64,000 bases of DNA, from contig CM126210.1 in assembly GCA_052327205.1 (NCBI GenBank), forward strand, positions 149,792,001-149,856,000, in the 5' to 3' direction. Source of the DNA: Somniosus microcephalus. Lineage: Eukaryota. The position numbers and the translations under genes were made by a program. Shown one piece after another: positions 48,826-61,821 of the stretch. Numbering within the stretch: the first letter of the stretch is position 1; every line of letters begins with the position of its first letter. Below the pieces are notes generated by a model that ran no database searches, was not told where the DNA came from, and saw nothing but the letters and a program-made list of their open reading frames with translations.

Positions 48826-49610
48826 GGGGTTGTAGTCCTGTCTCCATCGAGTTCTAGCCAACCCACGTGATTTTGACTTGATTGACCTTCTTGAGCCTGC
48901 CCAGCAGGCTCAGCAGGCCAATTAAGGGCCACCCAGCAACAGGTGACGTCACAGATTGATATTTCATCTGTCAAGACCTTTATATTAGCGTTTCACAGCT
49001 GTTTGAAGCTGTCAAACACTGACAATCTGTACTCTTAAGTTAATTCCTTCCTCTCAGGCTGATTTAGAGATCTCCCCAGAACAGAAAGCTGAATGCTGCA
49101 ATTTTTGACAGCTCGCAGCCATTCTGCTTTCTGTGCCGGTGAGATGAGGGACTCCTGAGACCTGAAGGAAGGAAGGCTGTAAAGGTAAGTAAAGGTACGT
49201 AAAACTTCTTTAAACACTTTACACACACCAAACACACTTACCTTTGCACTCATGCACCCATCACTCACCTGAACACCGGACATCTCGACCCCTCCAAGCC
49301 CTTCATCCCGACAGTCCGCCTCCTCTAACTTGGCGTGGTTTGGAGCCATCGGGAATCCCACACTTCAACATTAAAAATAGGGATTAGGCTAAAAACTGCC
49401 TGTTAACTACCTGTTAACAGGCAGTTAATTGGCAATAATCCCCTTCCCGCCTCGGGGAGGCGGGTCCCAATGCGGGTTGGGTACCCGCCTCCTTTGAAAC
49501 TGGCATGGAGGCGGGTTGGGTGTGGGATGGGTTTGTGCCCCCCGATTTCAGGATTTTAACCCCCCACACGCCTCCAATCCCGCCTCCACGGCCCAATGAA
49601 AATCCTGCCC
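48826..49610 (+). mobile_element. Harbinger-type MITE, copy C (left end missing)
   Basis: Right TIR AAAATCCTGCCC followed by TTA; internal homology to copy A. Confidence 0.82.
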
Positions 49611-50644
49611 TTAATGTTCACAAAGCTAGCTGTTAACTGAGTTAATTGAGTTATTTCTTAATAGCTGTGTGAAAGATACAAGAACATAGAAAGCATGTTA
49701 TAAGGAAAGGCCATTTGGCCCATCAGCCCATTCCTTTCACAGACCTTGTACAATTTGCTCTATCATGGACTTTATGCTAACTCATTTTAACATTAGAACA
49801 GCATTCTCTATCCCCCTGTTCCCCTGTATCATGGACTTATGGGACACATAGAAATATTAAGCAGATGACTACAAATTTCTTCTATAATTTTCTTGAGGAC
49901 TCTGGTATGTGCAGGTGCCTTGTCAAAATTTGATTCCTTGAGTTTCTTCAAAGAGATGCTTTATCTTTTTTTTATAAACACCAGAGCTAAAAATTTGGCA
50001 GCAACTTTCATTTCTGCAAAGTGATATAAATAATTTACTTAACACTTCAAACATTTCCTGATCCTCTACCCCACTTATCCCCTAAATAATGTCTGCCACA
50101 TTTGTGAGACAGGTCTCAGCTAATTAAGCTATTTTCTCATAGAAATTAAGTTTTTTTTACACTGGACAAAGTGGATACAATTGCACATTCAGAAGCAATG
50201 TCCAAATCATTGTCAAGAACAGTATCACAGAACAAAAAAAAGTAATACAAAATGAATGATCGGAAAATTGGCAAAGCCATGAATACGGTGCATTGACATC
50301 CGTACCTGATTCTCTGATCTGCGCTAAGTAAGCAGTGCTCCACACCAAAAATTTCATCTTACAAAGTTACCTGAGAACATTCATCCCGAGAGAAGTGTCT
50401 GCTCACTGATATATGACTCTATATCTGTATGTCTTTCTTTCTTTTGAGGTGTATTTAGTCCATTTCTTGGTTTTTTAACTTAAAGCACTGGAAGAGTGCC
50501 AGTTTCATGATAGCTCAGCCCTGCTTATTACAAGTTGCCCAACGATACAATATTACCACAGTTATAGAGGATAGCGGAGAACTGAAGGGTGTAGATAATA
50601 CTATCCTGGTGTTCTGAAAGGAATGAGATGTGGATTAGGGAATT

Positions 50645-51065
50645 TTTTTTTATTAGTTCATGGGATGTGGGCGTCGCTGGCAAGGCCAGCATTTATTGCC
50701 CATCCCTAGTTGCCCTTGAGAAGGTGGTGGTGAGCCGCCTTCTTGAACCACTGCAGCACCTGAGTTGAAGGTACTCCCACAGTGCTGTAAGGGAGGGAGT
50801 TCCAGGATTTTGACCCAGTGACGATGAAGGAACGGCGATATACTTTTAAGTCAGGATGGTGTGTGACTTGGAGGGGAACTTGGAGGTGGTGTTGTTCCCA
50901 TGCGCCTGCTGCCCTTGTCCTTCTAAGTGTTAGAGGTCGCAGGTTTGGGAGGTGCTGCCGAAGAAGCCTTGGCGAGTTGCTGCAGTGCATCTTGTAGATG
51001 GTACACACTGCAGCCATGGTATGCCGGTGGTGGAGGGAGTGAATGTTTAAGGTGGTGGATGGGGT
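50645..51065 (-). mobile_element. 3' end of the tRNA-headed LINE family
   Basis: ORF 50706-51017 is nearly identical to the C-terminus of ORF 41170-41661; poly(A)-like tail at ~50643-50652. Confidence 0.9.
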
Positions 51066-52496
51066 TGTTTCTGTGTCACAATATATGGGCTAAAGACTTA
51101 AGCAAAGGGTGGTCCAGGGAAACATGTTTTTCCTTGGATCTGCTGGCAGACTCAGGGTTAAAATAAACATGAACATTTATACATTTTCAGCACCATTTAC
51201 TTAGCAATGCAGTGATGTCAGTACATCACTAATTGCCATTAAACCACTTCTGTTTGTATATGTGCTAGGATGGCTTGCAAAACATCACGGATACTGCCCT
51301 TTTAAATTTACAAAGAAAAACTATTGTATAAACAGCTGATGTCATTCATTAGGAAGTATAAGCATTTGACTTTTCAGAGAGTTAACAAAAGGAACTTCTT
51401 TAAGAGGCCTGTTGAGGTTATTCAAATGGTTTCTTTTATGGGTTTAACTTCATTTATCCTTACTTAGTGGAAAACAGTTGAAGTCTCCATTATTTTCAGT
51501 AGCATACTTTAAATACCTTTATATGTTTCCAGCTGAGTAGTGCCACAAGGAAAGTCCCACATATGCTGAGCTAACAATTTGAGACCTGTCAGTAAACCAC
51601 TGTATAATATTACACTAAACTCCTATTCCCTACTATAAACACATAACTTTAACACCCGTCGCTTTTAAATATTCACCTACTTGTTGCATAAAAGTACCAT
51701 ATTAAAATTCTGGTTGATTGTTTTTTTAATTGATAATTTTTAAATTATTGTTACTTGTGCAATGCTTGTAAAATATTCAGAAAACTCGCAAATTACCTCA
51801 CTGCATTAAGTGTATAGGTCCTATTAGAAAAATAGTACAGTACATGAAAACAGTCCATTTTGTACGGCACCATTTTTGTGCAGTTGTTCAGAAGAGATCC
51901 ATTTTCAATGATTCAGGGTTTTCTACCATTTGTTTGCAGGGCACCTTTGCCAGAGGCCTGTTGACATGTCATTCCTTTGTCAAGAATGATTTGTAGCATA
52001 GGTAGACCCAAGTTAATGTCTCGCCTTCGGGAACAAAAAACAAATTGCATTGACACACTTTGTCATAATATTCAAAATTACATTTAATGGTACTTTTTTT
52101 GCTCTCTTTTCACAGTGTTCTCTCCTTAGCTGTCCTCTCCTCGAGGTGTTGACTCCCTACTGGAGCACAGTTCGTTTTTAAAGCATTTGGTATGCCAGGC
52201 ACCATCTCCGGTTCAGTGGCATCTCGGTCCTGTAAGACGTCTGAGCATCTTACTTTAATGGTAGTAGACTCACACTGCCCTATGTCTGGTTGTATGATAG
52301 CACCAGGAGTGTAACAATCATATCCTCCTGTAACATCAACTGAAGAGTCACATTTTTGGCAAGTTCCATTTCTTCAATCTCCCCAAAGGTGGATCGGCTT
52401 AATGCGAATCTGCCTCATTTTACAGAGCAACAGCTAGAATCATATTCACTTATTCAGTCAATACAACGTGTCATCATATAGTAATATACAAAAATA

Positions 52497-52890
52497 ATGA
52501 GCAATCTCATTGAAACTTATAAAACTCTAACAGGACTAGACAGACTAGATGCAGGAAGGCTGTTCCCGATGGCGGGGGAGTCCAGAACCAGGGGTCACAG
52601 TCTAAGGATAAGGGGTAAGCCATTTAGGACTGAGATGAGGAATTTCTTCACCCAGAGAGTGGTGAACCTGTGGAATTCTCTACCACAGAAGACAGTTGAG
52701 GCCAATTCATTAAATATATTCAAGAAGGAGTTAGATATATTTCTTAAGGCTAAGGGGATCAAGGGATATGGGGAGAAAGCAGGGACCGGGTACTGAATTT
52801 GGATGATCAGCCATGATCGCATTGGATGGCGGAGCAGGCTCGAGGGGCCAAATGGCCTACTCCTGCTCCTATCTTCTATGTTTCTATGTA
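52497..52890 (+). mobile_element. CR1 3' terminal fragment
   Basis: RTRGHSLRIRG...FFTQRVVNLWNSLP and a TTCTATG-type tail. Confidence 0.9.
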
Positions 52891-53390
52891 ATCTGCATAT
52901 CCCCAAATCAGTGAGTTGTTTTGCTTGACTTAAACAAAATAACATCTAATTCTCCAAACATTGTTTCCTTCTTATAGCTTAGTTCTAGGTCTTACTGTTT
53001 CGCAGCTTTCTGTTTTATCTCTAGCTGTTTGCAGAAATAAAAGGAAAGTCTGCCAGGCCTCCTGCCAAGCTCCCAAGCCCAGCAACTCCCCAACACAATG
53101 GGTGCAAGGTGTATATTCATTACCAAGACAGGCTAATGATTTGTTTATTATTTACAGTATGTTCAACTTCAAAGCTAGTACATTAGTATCTTAACTACCT
53201 ATTGTCTCAGACCCCAAGCTTTTTACGCTTGCATGGATATACTATACTTTAAAACACAGCATTTAAACTAACCCTTTTTCCAAATTCTTTCTGTAGAAAT
53301 AAAGGGCAAAAGATCCCAAAACATGACAATCATACTTTATCACCTCGTGACTTCTTCTTCCTTTCATATGTCTCCTTCCTTTTTTTCCAG

Positions 53391-53559
53391 GGCCAGAGGC
53401 AGAAGATGTGGCCGGTGGTGTCAGAACAATGGGGCTCCTATTTTGTGGATGGTGTCACAGGGCTGGAGGGTGAAGGTGAAACCCAGGTGCACACATGGTG
53501 CAGCAACAACATTAACACTTACAGCACCATTGCTATTCCCAGCCTGCAGGCTATAGCAG
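53391..53559 (+). CDS. NT5DC1: NT5DC1 penultimate-type coding exon (169 bp)
   Basis: Long polypyrimidine tract with ccAG acceptor and CAG|GTAAG donor. Translates GQRQKMWPVVSEQWGSYFVDGVTGLEGEGETQVHTWCSNNINTYSTIAIPSLQAIA (WGS.F.D and TYSTIAIPS motifs). The upstream and terminal exons were not found in the window. Confidence 0.93.
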
Positions 53560-53599
53560 GTAAGAAAGAAAAGAGTAACAACAGGCCATTGTAGCATCA

Positions 53600-54310
53600 G
53601 TATGGGTGGACCTAAGAAACAGCAAAGGACAGAAAACACTGGTGGGAGTAGTTTATAGGCCCCCTAACAGTAGGTACAGTATAAATCAGCAAATTAGAGG
53701 AACATGTAACAAGGGTAATGCAATAATCCTGGGGGACTTTAATCTTCATATAGACCCAGCAAACCAAATTGGCAAAAGTAATTTGGAGGACGAGTTCATG
53801 GAATGCATTCGAGACAGTTTTCTAGAACAATATGTCAAGGAACCAACTTGGGAACAGGCTATTTTAGATCTAGTATTGTGAAATGAGACAAGGTTAATTA
53901 GTAATCATTTATTAAAGGATTCTCTGGGGAAGAGTGATCATAATATGATAGAATTTCATATTGCGTTTGAGAGTGATGTGGTTAAGTCCGAAACTATGGT
54001 CTTAAATTTAAACAAAGCCAATTACGTAGGTATGAGGACCGAGTTGGCCAAGGTAAATTGGGAAATTAGATTAAAAGATATGATGGTAGATAAGCAACGA
54101 CAAAGATTTCAAGAAATAATTCATAATTCTCAACGAACATACATTCTTTTGAGGAAATAAAAACTCCACGGGAAAAGTGGTCCAACCATAGCTAACTAGA
54201 GAAGTTAAGGATAATATTAGATTAAAAGAGGCTTACAATGTTGCCAAAAAGAATAGTAAGAGGTTTTAGAAATCAGCAAAGGATGAACAAGAAATTGATA
54301 AAGAGGGAGA
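53600..54310 (+). mobile_element. CR1 endonuclease fragment
   Basis: VGVVYRPPNS, ILGDFNLHID and SDHN motifs. Confidence 0.85.
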
Positions 54311-55041
54311 AAATTCAATAATTAGGGGGACAGGTAGCATCCTTTGTAAGCAGGATCGAGAATCCCACATGTTACGTTGCTTACCTGGTGCCAGGGTGAG
54401 AAACATCTTGAACCAGCTTGAAAGGATATTGGAGAGGGAGGGGGCAGATCCAGTCGTTGTGGTCCATGTTGGGACAAGCAACATAGGAAAGAGTAGGCAA
54501 GAGGTCCTGTTTGGGGAGTACCAGGAACTAGGAGCTAAATTAAAGAACAGGATCTCAAGGGTTATAATCTCTATTATTACCTGAGCAACATGCAAATTGA
54601 CGTAGAGATAAATAGATTGGGGAGGTGAACACGTGGATGGGAAAGAGGGATTCTATTTCATGGGGCACAGGCACCAATATTGGGACAGGAAGGAACTGTA
54701 CCATTAGGACAGGCTCCACCTGAACCGGTCTGGGACCAGGGTCCTAGTGAAAAGGATAAATATGCAGTCACAAGGACTTTAAACGAGTAAATGGAGGGGG
54801 TGGGGAAGGGCTCAGTTAGAAACTAGTACAAATAATAGTTCAAAAACAAACAAAAGAGAAGAGAGTTGAGTAACAGTCAGAAATTGCTCTTTAGGCACTA
54901 CGGGTAAAGGGAAAAGTAAAAGATGTAAAGTGATTAAATCAGGAGAGAGAAATAAGAAACACGTGAGTAAAACATTAGAGCTGAAGGCCAGGCTAGGGTG
55001 TGTGGCCCAAATAAGCATTCTTTATATAAACGCACGGAGTA

Positions 55042-56474
55042 TCTATATATATAAATCGGTACTTCTGTCATTCTATCTGTCTGTCTGTCTATCTGTCTAT
55101 CTGTCTGTCATCGCGTGTGCGTTGCAGGTATGCACTCGAAAGTTACAGGGCGTACCTACGCGCGCGTTACCTCCAAAGAAAGCTTACGCTTCCGAGACGG
55201 TTTTAAGCGTATTTACGTTTCGGCCGGGCTAAAATTGCGCCCGCGGTATCCCAAAAACCTTCAACATTCCGCTCATTAGCATCTCATTATCCGCTCATTA
55301 GCGACAGAGTGACCTCGAGCTCGACCAATCGTACGCCGGGTTGCTGGCGTGTGCCGCCGGGCCAATCGGTGCGCGTGTGGCCGGGCTTTATCGTTCTGAA
55401 CCGAGGTGAGTCGCCGCCATCTTGATTCCAAACTTTTCCTTTCTTTTTCCCGCTTTCTGCGTCTTTAGAAAAAAACGTTGCTTTTAAAACACATATTGTT
55501 TATTAAAAAAATGATTTAGAAAGTAATTAACTTATCTAATCTCATTAATTTTCCTACCTTTCCCCGTTTTTCCAGGTAGGCCTAGAAGCCTCGGCGTCTC
55601 CTCCGCACCCACGCCCGAGCTAGGCACCTCCCGGCCCCACTCGAAGGCTGGAGGGCTGAGCCTCAGCCCAGCGCCGCTAGGGTGTGCGCGCAGCAGGAGC
55701 TGAGACGTCTCTCTCTGCCGGGGCTTGCTGAGCGTCCAGCGTTACCCTGGCAACCGGGCCCGCCGGAAGTCTCGCACAGCCGCAATCGGCGGTCTTCACC
55801 TCGGGGGGGAGGGGGGGGGCGGCCGCGACCCTCGGGGGGGGGGGGGGGGCCGCGCGCGCAGCAGGAGCAGCTGAGACGCGGCGTCTCTCTCTCTCTGGCT
55901 TGGTCAGCGTCACGGTTGCCCTGGCAACCGGGCCCGCCGGCCGAGAGAGACGCCGCATCTCAGCTCCTGCTGCGCGCGCAATCGGCGGTCTTCACCTCGG
56001 GGGGGGGGGGGGTCGCGACCCTCGGGGGGGCGCGACCCTCGGGGGGGGGGGGCGCCCCCCGCCCTCCCTCCCCCCCCGCCCTCCATCCCCCCCTCCCCCC
56101 ACCCTCCCTCCCCCCCCTCCCTCCCTTCCTCCCCCCCACCCTCCCTCCCCCTTCCCCTCCCCCCCCCCCCACCCTCCCTTCCCCTCCCTCCCCTCCCTTC
56201 CCCTCCCCTGCCCTCCCTTCCCCCCTCCCTCCCTTCCTTCCCCCCCTCCCTTCCCCCCCTCCCCCTCTCCCTCCCCCCGCCCTCCCTTCCCCTCCGCCCT
56301 CCCTTCCCCTCCCCCTCCCCCTCCCCTCCCTCTCTTCCCCCCAGTCGCTCTCTTTCTTCCCCCCAGTCGCTCTCTCTCTTCCCCCCAGTCGCTCTCTCCC
56401 CCCCAGTCGCTCTCTCTCTTCCAACAACAACATGCCCTCGAAAAAGCCTCGGCACCGCCGGGCACTTCAGCTAG
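55042..56474 (+). mobile_element. Non-autonomous Helitron, copy 2
   Basis: A|TCTATATATATAAA...CTAG|T with no TSD. (CTGT/CTAT)n microsatellite near the 5' end and a GC hairpin at 56446-56463, 11 nt from the end. Removal restores the CR1 codons AGT ATA AGC. Confidence 0.93.
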
Positions 56475-57330
56475 TAAGCAATAAATTGAATGAACTGTTA
56501 CCACAAATTCAACTTGGAGGGTATGACATGGTAGCCATTACTGAGACGTGGCTGCAAGACGGTCAGGACTGGGAACTAAATATACCAGGTTATAAGGTCT
56601 ACAGAAAAGATAGGGAAAATGGCAGAGGGGGAGGAATAGCCTTAGTGATTAAGGATGAAATCACTTCAATGATAAGAGAAGATATAACAAGAGTTAAGCA
56701 GGCAGTGGAGACTTTATGGGTAGAATTAAGAAATAGGAAAGGATTTAAGACTATAGTGGGATTTGTGTATAGGCCCCCTGGTAGCAGCTCTGAAGTGCTA
56801 GATTAGATAACTGCAGAGATTAGACAAGCATGTCGCAAAGGCAGTGTGGTTTTAATGGGGGATTTTAACTTTCATATAGATTGGGATAAGCAGATTAGCA
56901 CGTCAGAAAGGTAGTGAATTTCTTGAGTGTGATCGGGATAGTTTTCTGCATCAGTATGTCCTAGAACCAACAAGGGGGCATGCCATTTTAGATTTAGTAA
57001 TGAGCCAGATTTAATTAGAAGCCTAATGGTGCGTGAACATTTATCCAACAGCAATCATAACATGATCGCGTTCAATATAGTGTTTGAAAGGGAAAAACGC
57101 GAAACAGCTACTAAGATTCTAAATTTAGGTAAGGCCGACTTCAACGGGATGAGACAGAGACTGTCCGCAGTAAACTGGGCAAATCTGTTAATAGGTAAAA
57201 TGACAGAAGATCAGTGGGAGATGTTCAAAAAAGAATTTAACGTGATACAGAACCAGTTAATACCCCTGAACGGCAAGAGCTCTACTTGCCAAAAAAAAGG
57301 CCATGGATGACTAAAGAGGTAAGAGACATA

Positions 57331-58019
57331 GGCCTAGAAATTCAGTAAGGCCCCGCCAGGTCTTTAGCGCCCGAAATTTAGCGCTCGCCCGGATTCCCGT
57401 AGCGCCCGCCTGAAATTCAGTTGCGACGGGCCAAGACGGAGGCGGGCGCTATTGCAGGGTTTGGCCGCCTCGCTTGGGGCGATGAAAGTCTATTTCAGGC
57501 GTCCAGCTGCCGCTGCGCCACCCGATGCGGTGCGGCAGGCTGGGGTACTGCAGGCCTCCTCCTTCTCTTAAGGAGGAGCTGCCTGCAGCCGTGAGATCGC
57601 CGCTGGATTCCCCCGGCAAATGAGCCCGGCACCACGGAGAAGTGCCGGGCTCGCGGGAGTCAGACAGCAATGCCGCGGGGGGGTGGTGCAGGAGTCCGGG
57701 GAGGGAGGTGCGGCCATGCGGCCGCCGGGAAAGCGGCCGGCCGCCCCTCCACCTTTATGCGCCGGCCTCTCGGAGCTGCAAGGCCCCGTTTTTCAAACGT
57801 TGTTTGCGGGCAAGGCGGCCGCAACTGAATTTGGCCTTCGGCACGGAATCGCGTTGGAACCGGGGCGCTGCACACACCGATGACGTCATCGGTGCCGGCG
57901 CAGCGCTACCGGCTAACGCCGCTGTTAGGGACCAACTTAATTTCGGGCACTAAAAAACTTCCGGCGCAACCCACTCTTTCGCCCCTAAGTGGGCGCAAAC
58001 GCGACTGAATTTCTAGGCC
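57331..58019. mobile_element. Non-autonomous Harbinger element (689 bp)
   Basis: Perfect 16-bp TIRs GGCCTAGAAATTCAGT with ATA on both sides; very CpG-rich. Confidence 0.92.
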
Positions 58020-58376
58020 ATAGGCCTAGAAATTCAGTATAGCCACTTTTGGGGCGGTGAAGTCGGGCGGCCGCTAAAGTTTGCACCCGGCGCAAAGTCG
58101 CGCCCCCTTCGCCGATATTCAGTCGCATCGCCCCAAGCGGTTGCTGCTGCGCTAAAACAGGCGATGCACGATTATCTTTAGGCGCTAAGCCGGCGGTGCG
58201 GAGCGATACCCCCGAGGCCGGGCGCAGCGCCGGTGCGGCGAGTTGCTGATTGACGGCAGACACTCTGGCGCCGGTCAGCTCTTAAAGGGGGAGGGTGGAT
58301 TTGTTTGCCTGCCACGCCCTGCACCCCTCAACCTAGGCCTGACCACTTCAGCTTCACCTGCACAACGCCCAGGGCT

Positions 58377-60266
58377 ATGGAGAAGGCCGGGGAGAGAGCG
58401 CAGCGCTTCAGCGACGGTGACCTGAGGCTGCTGGTTGGCGGAGTGGAGCGCAGGCACCATGTTCTGTTCCCAGAAGGTGGCAAGAGGCCGCTGCCCAGCG
58501 CCTACCGGAAAGCCTGGAGGGAGGTCTCAAACAGGGTGTCTTCCAACAGCGTGGTTGCCAGGACTCCTGTGCAATGCCGGAAGAAGTTCAACGACCTCAC
58601 TCGGGTTGTCAGGGTGAGTACCCTTTCCAGTGTCCTCCTCATCCCTGCATGTGCACCTCACTTTATGGGCAAAGGGACCTGAAAGCCCTAATGGCCAGCC
58701 CTCATCCAGCAGCTATGGGACTGTCATGAAAATCACTTGCACATTCAGCACTTTACACACTGTACAAGCTATTCGACCGTGGGAGGCATTGCAGACAAGA
58801 TCAGGGCTTCACACCGTACAAGCTATTCGACCATGGGAGGCATTGCAGACAAGATCAGGGCTTCACACCGTACAAGCTATTCGACCATGGGAGGCAGTGC
58901 AGACAAGATCAGGGCTTCACACTGTACTTAGAGGCCGCCCTTTCTCTTGCAGGCCAAGGTGGCGCACAACCGGCGGAAACGAATTGACACCGGGGGAGGC
59001 CGTCCTGACGTAAAAGAGCTCTCCGACCTCGACCAGCATGTGGAGCGCATTATGGCAGGCCGGCTGATTGGACCCGTCGCCAGTGGAGATGCCGACCCTG
59101 TTCTGGGCACCAATGGTAAGGGCATCACCTTTTTGACTTCGCTCGTTCCACTTGCGCCTCAGATCAGCATCCTTTGCCACTGTCCGACCAATGCAGTGAA
59201 TGGTACCACTCATGCCTCCCTCGCTGCCGCCCTGTCCTCACTCTAAAGCTACTCTTGTGCCTTCCTGCTTTCAGATGGTGAATCGCCAGGTGAGGAGGCG
59301 GGCCCTCAAGCTGCCACTGTCAGCGCTTCAGAATACGAGGAGGAGGAAGAGGAAGCCGGCCCATCAGTGCCACCCTCAGCCGCGCCAGCCCATGGCGATG
59401 TAGGGGACACGTCTTCCCTGGAGGGGAGCCGGGGGGAAGGGTCGGAGGAGAGTGAAGCTCCGGGGCCCAGCGGCCTGCAGCAACGCGGGAGGGGTGGGGA
59501 AGCTCGGCAGACTTCTCCCCAGAGGGTGAGTGCGGCCTTCAGTCCTGCGACGGTCAGCGCAGAGGAGGTGCGGCTCCTGGAGGAAATGGCCATCCAGGCT
59601 GAGCGCAGGCACAATGAGCTCATGGCTGCAGTGGCAAGGATGCCTGACTCCATTGAGTCTTTGTCAAGGAGTGTGCAGCAATTTGGAGCAGCACAGGCCA
59701 GGAGTCTACAGGACTTCGCGGCAGCACAGGCAGCGTCGAGCCAAGTGCTCAGTCGTGCCGTCCATTCACTGGCTGTTGTCATGCGGACACAGACCAGGGC
59801 CACACGGGCACTAACTGCTGCCACCCTCGCTGGATCAGCCAGGCATCGCCAGGGCACTCGCCGTGCAGCAGCAGCCCAGCAGTCTGTTCTTCAGCTGTTT
59901 GCTGCGCATGCTGCAGTGCTGGCCCGTGCGAGTGCCAATGTCTCAGGCGACCAGCGAGCACCTGCGATCTGCCAGGTTGGCACCATTCCTGCAGCCGACA
60001 CTGCCACTCCGCCATTGCATCTGCCATGAGCCGCTGGACAGACTGCTGCCGCCCAGCCACAGTTGGAGCAGTCAGCAGCCGGCCACTCCAAGGCCAGAGC
60101 TGGTGCAGGCCAACCCCCAAGGGCATCTGCCGTCTCGCCATCTGCCCCTCAGCAGCCTTCCCCCAGCCTTGCTGCAGCCACTGGGCTCCCGTTGAGGAGG
60201 AGCTGCAGGGCGGGCAGGGGCCAGGCAAGGATGCGAAAGGCATCGCCCTTGCAGGGCAAAAAGTAG
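58377..60266 (+). pseudogene. Harbinger Myb/SANT-like protein; exons 58377-58613, 58953-59115, 59275-60266; one in-frame TGA at 60027
   Basis: MEKAGERAQRFSDGDLRLLV...AWREVS..V......RTPVQCRKKFNDLTR. GT-AG introns with compatible phases; 384 aa to the TGA, 463 codons if read through. Confidence 0.87.
58756..58927. repeat. 54-bp tandem triplication in Myb intron 1
   Basis: Units start at 58756, 58810 and 58864. Confidence 0.93.
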
Positions 60267-60290
60267 AAGGTATGCACAAATGCCTGGTGC

Positions 60291-60510
60291 TTTTTGTAAG
60301 GCCGAGACTGGTGCAGTTGTGTTTTTGTAAGGCCAAGACTGGTGTCTTTCTTTTTGTAAGGCCGAGACTGGTGCAGTTCTGTTTTTGTAAGGCCGAGACT
60401 GGTGTCTTTCTTTCTTTTTGTAAGGCCGAGACTGGTGCAGTTGTGTTTTTGTAAGGCCGAGACTGGTGTCTTTCTTTCTTTTTGTAAGGCCGAGACTGGT
60501 AGTTTTGTGT
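60291..60510. repeat. Seven copies of TTTTTGTAAGGCCGAGACTGGT with alternating short linkers
   Basis: Units at 60291, 60322, 60351, 60382, 60415, 60446 and 60479. Confidence 0.93.
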
Positions 60511-60699
60511 TTTTGGAGGGGGCTTCTCCACATGAGGATGTAATGTGGGAAGGGCAGAGGTTTGCAATAAATTATTGTTGTTAAATTGCAGTGTGCATGG
60601 TTTTTTGGTTAAGTCCTGGTTGCCCTGCTCGGCTGAGGGCTTGTGGAGTGGCTACATTCATCTGCTGACATTGGCACAAGCCATTCCCTGAGAGGGGGC

Positions 60700-61821
60700 C
60701 TAGAACCGACGCTCAATAAGCCGGCGACGGGCGGCCCTTGCACTTTCTGCCTCCCTCCTGTGCTGGTCCTCCTCCTCCTCCTCCTCCTGAGGTGGTCCTC
60801 CAATCTCTGGTGGCAGTGCCCGAGTCCTGCGGATAGCCAGGTTGTGCAGCATGCAGCAAACGACCACGAAATGGGAGACTCGCTCCGGCGAATACTGTAG
60901 GGCTCCACCGGAACGATCCAGACAGCGGAACCGTTGCTTCAGGACGCCGATTGTTTGTTCGATGATGTTCCTGGTCGCTTGATGGCTCTCATTGTATCCC
61001 TCTTCAGCAGGGGTGCTGGGCGCACGGAGCGGGGTCATCAGCCAGGTACACAAAGGATAGCCTTTGTCCCCGATAAGCCATCCTCGTGGGTGAGGCTGTG
61101 CCTGGAACATGTCTGCCACAGAAGTCTGTCGCAGGATGAAGGCATCGTGGCTGCTGCCTGGAAAGCGGGCATTGACAGCTAGGATGAGCTGCCTGTGGTC
61201 ACACACCAGCTGGACGTTCAGCGAATGGTAGCCCTTCCGGTTGCGGTAATCCTCGGCATTCTCCAGAGGTGCCCGCAAAGCCACATGCGTGCAGTCAATG
61301 GCGCCCTGCACCATGGGGAAGCCCGCGAATGCTGCAAAGCCCATTGCACGCTGTTACTGCTTGGCAAGGGCCATGGAGAAGGAGATGAACTGACGTCTCC
61401 TTTTGAAAAGGGCATTGGTCACCTGGCGGATGCAGCAATGCACGGCGAACTGGGAGATGTTGGCAATGTCCCCAGTAGCGGATTGGAAGGAGCCAGTGGC
61501 ATAGAAGTTGAGAGCCACCGTCACCTTCACTGCCACCGACAGAGACGTCCTGCTCCTCAGCTGTGGCATCAGATCACCGCCAAGCAGGTGGCAGATCTCT
61601 GTGACCACCTCCCTTCTGAATCGCAGCCTCCGAACACACTGCTCGTCAGACATGTTGAGATAGGAGAACTGCTGGTGGTATACCCTGGGTGGGTAAGGCC
61701 TCCTTTCCCGGCGCCTGTTGCCCCCTCTCCGTCTAGCCAGGGCTGCCACTCTCTCACGGCGTCTGTGAGCCCTTTGGATGTAATTGAGAAAGCCAGCGTT
61801 TACACCCATTGCAGCCCCCAT
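60700..61821 (-). pseudogene. Harbinger (HARBI1-like) DDE transposase with one in-frame TAA at 61354-61356
   Basis: ORFs 61354-61821 and 60700-61344 are in the same frame (373 codons). GAIDCTH, GDKGY and IIEQTIG catalytic motifs are intact. Confidence 0.93.

Noticed and set aside
58630-59013. 127-aa ORF with an 18-aa repeat
   Set aside because: Translation of the 54-bp intronic triplication in the Myb gene.
60291-60510. CRISPR-like repeat-spacer appearance
   Set aside because: Linkers are only 7-11 bp and of two recurring types, there are no cas genes, and the context is a eukaryotic transposon.
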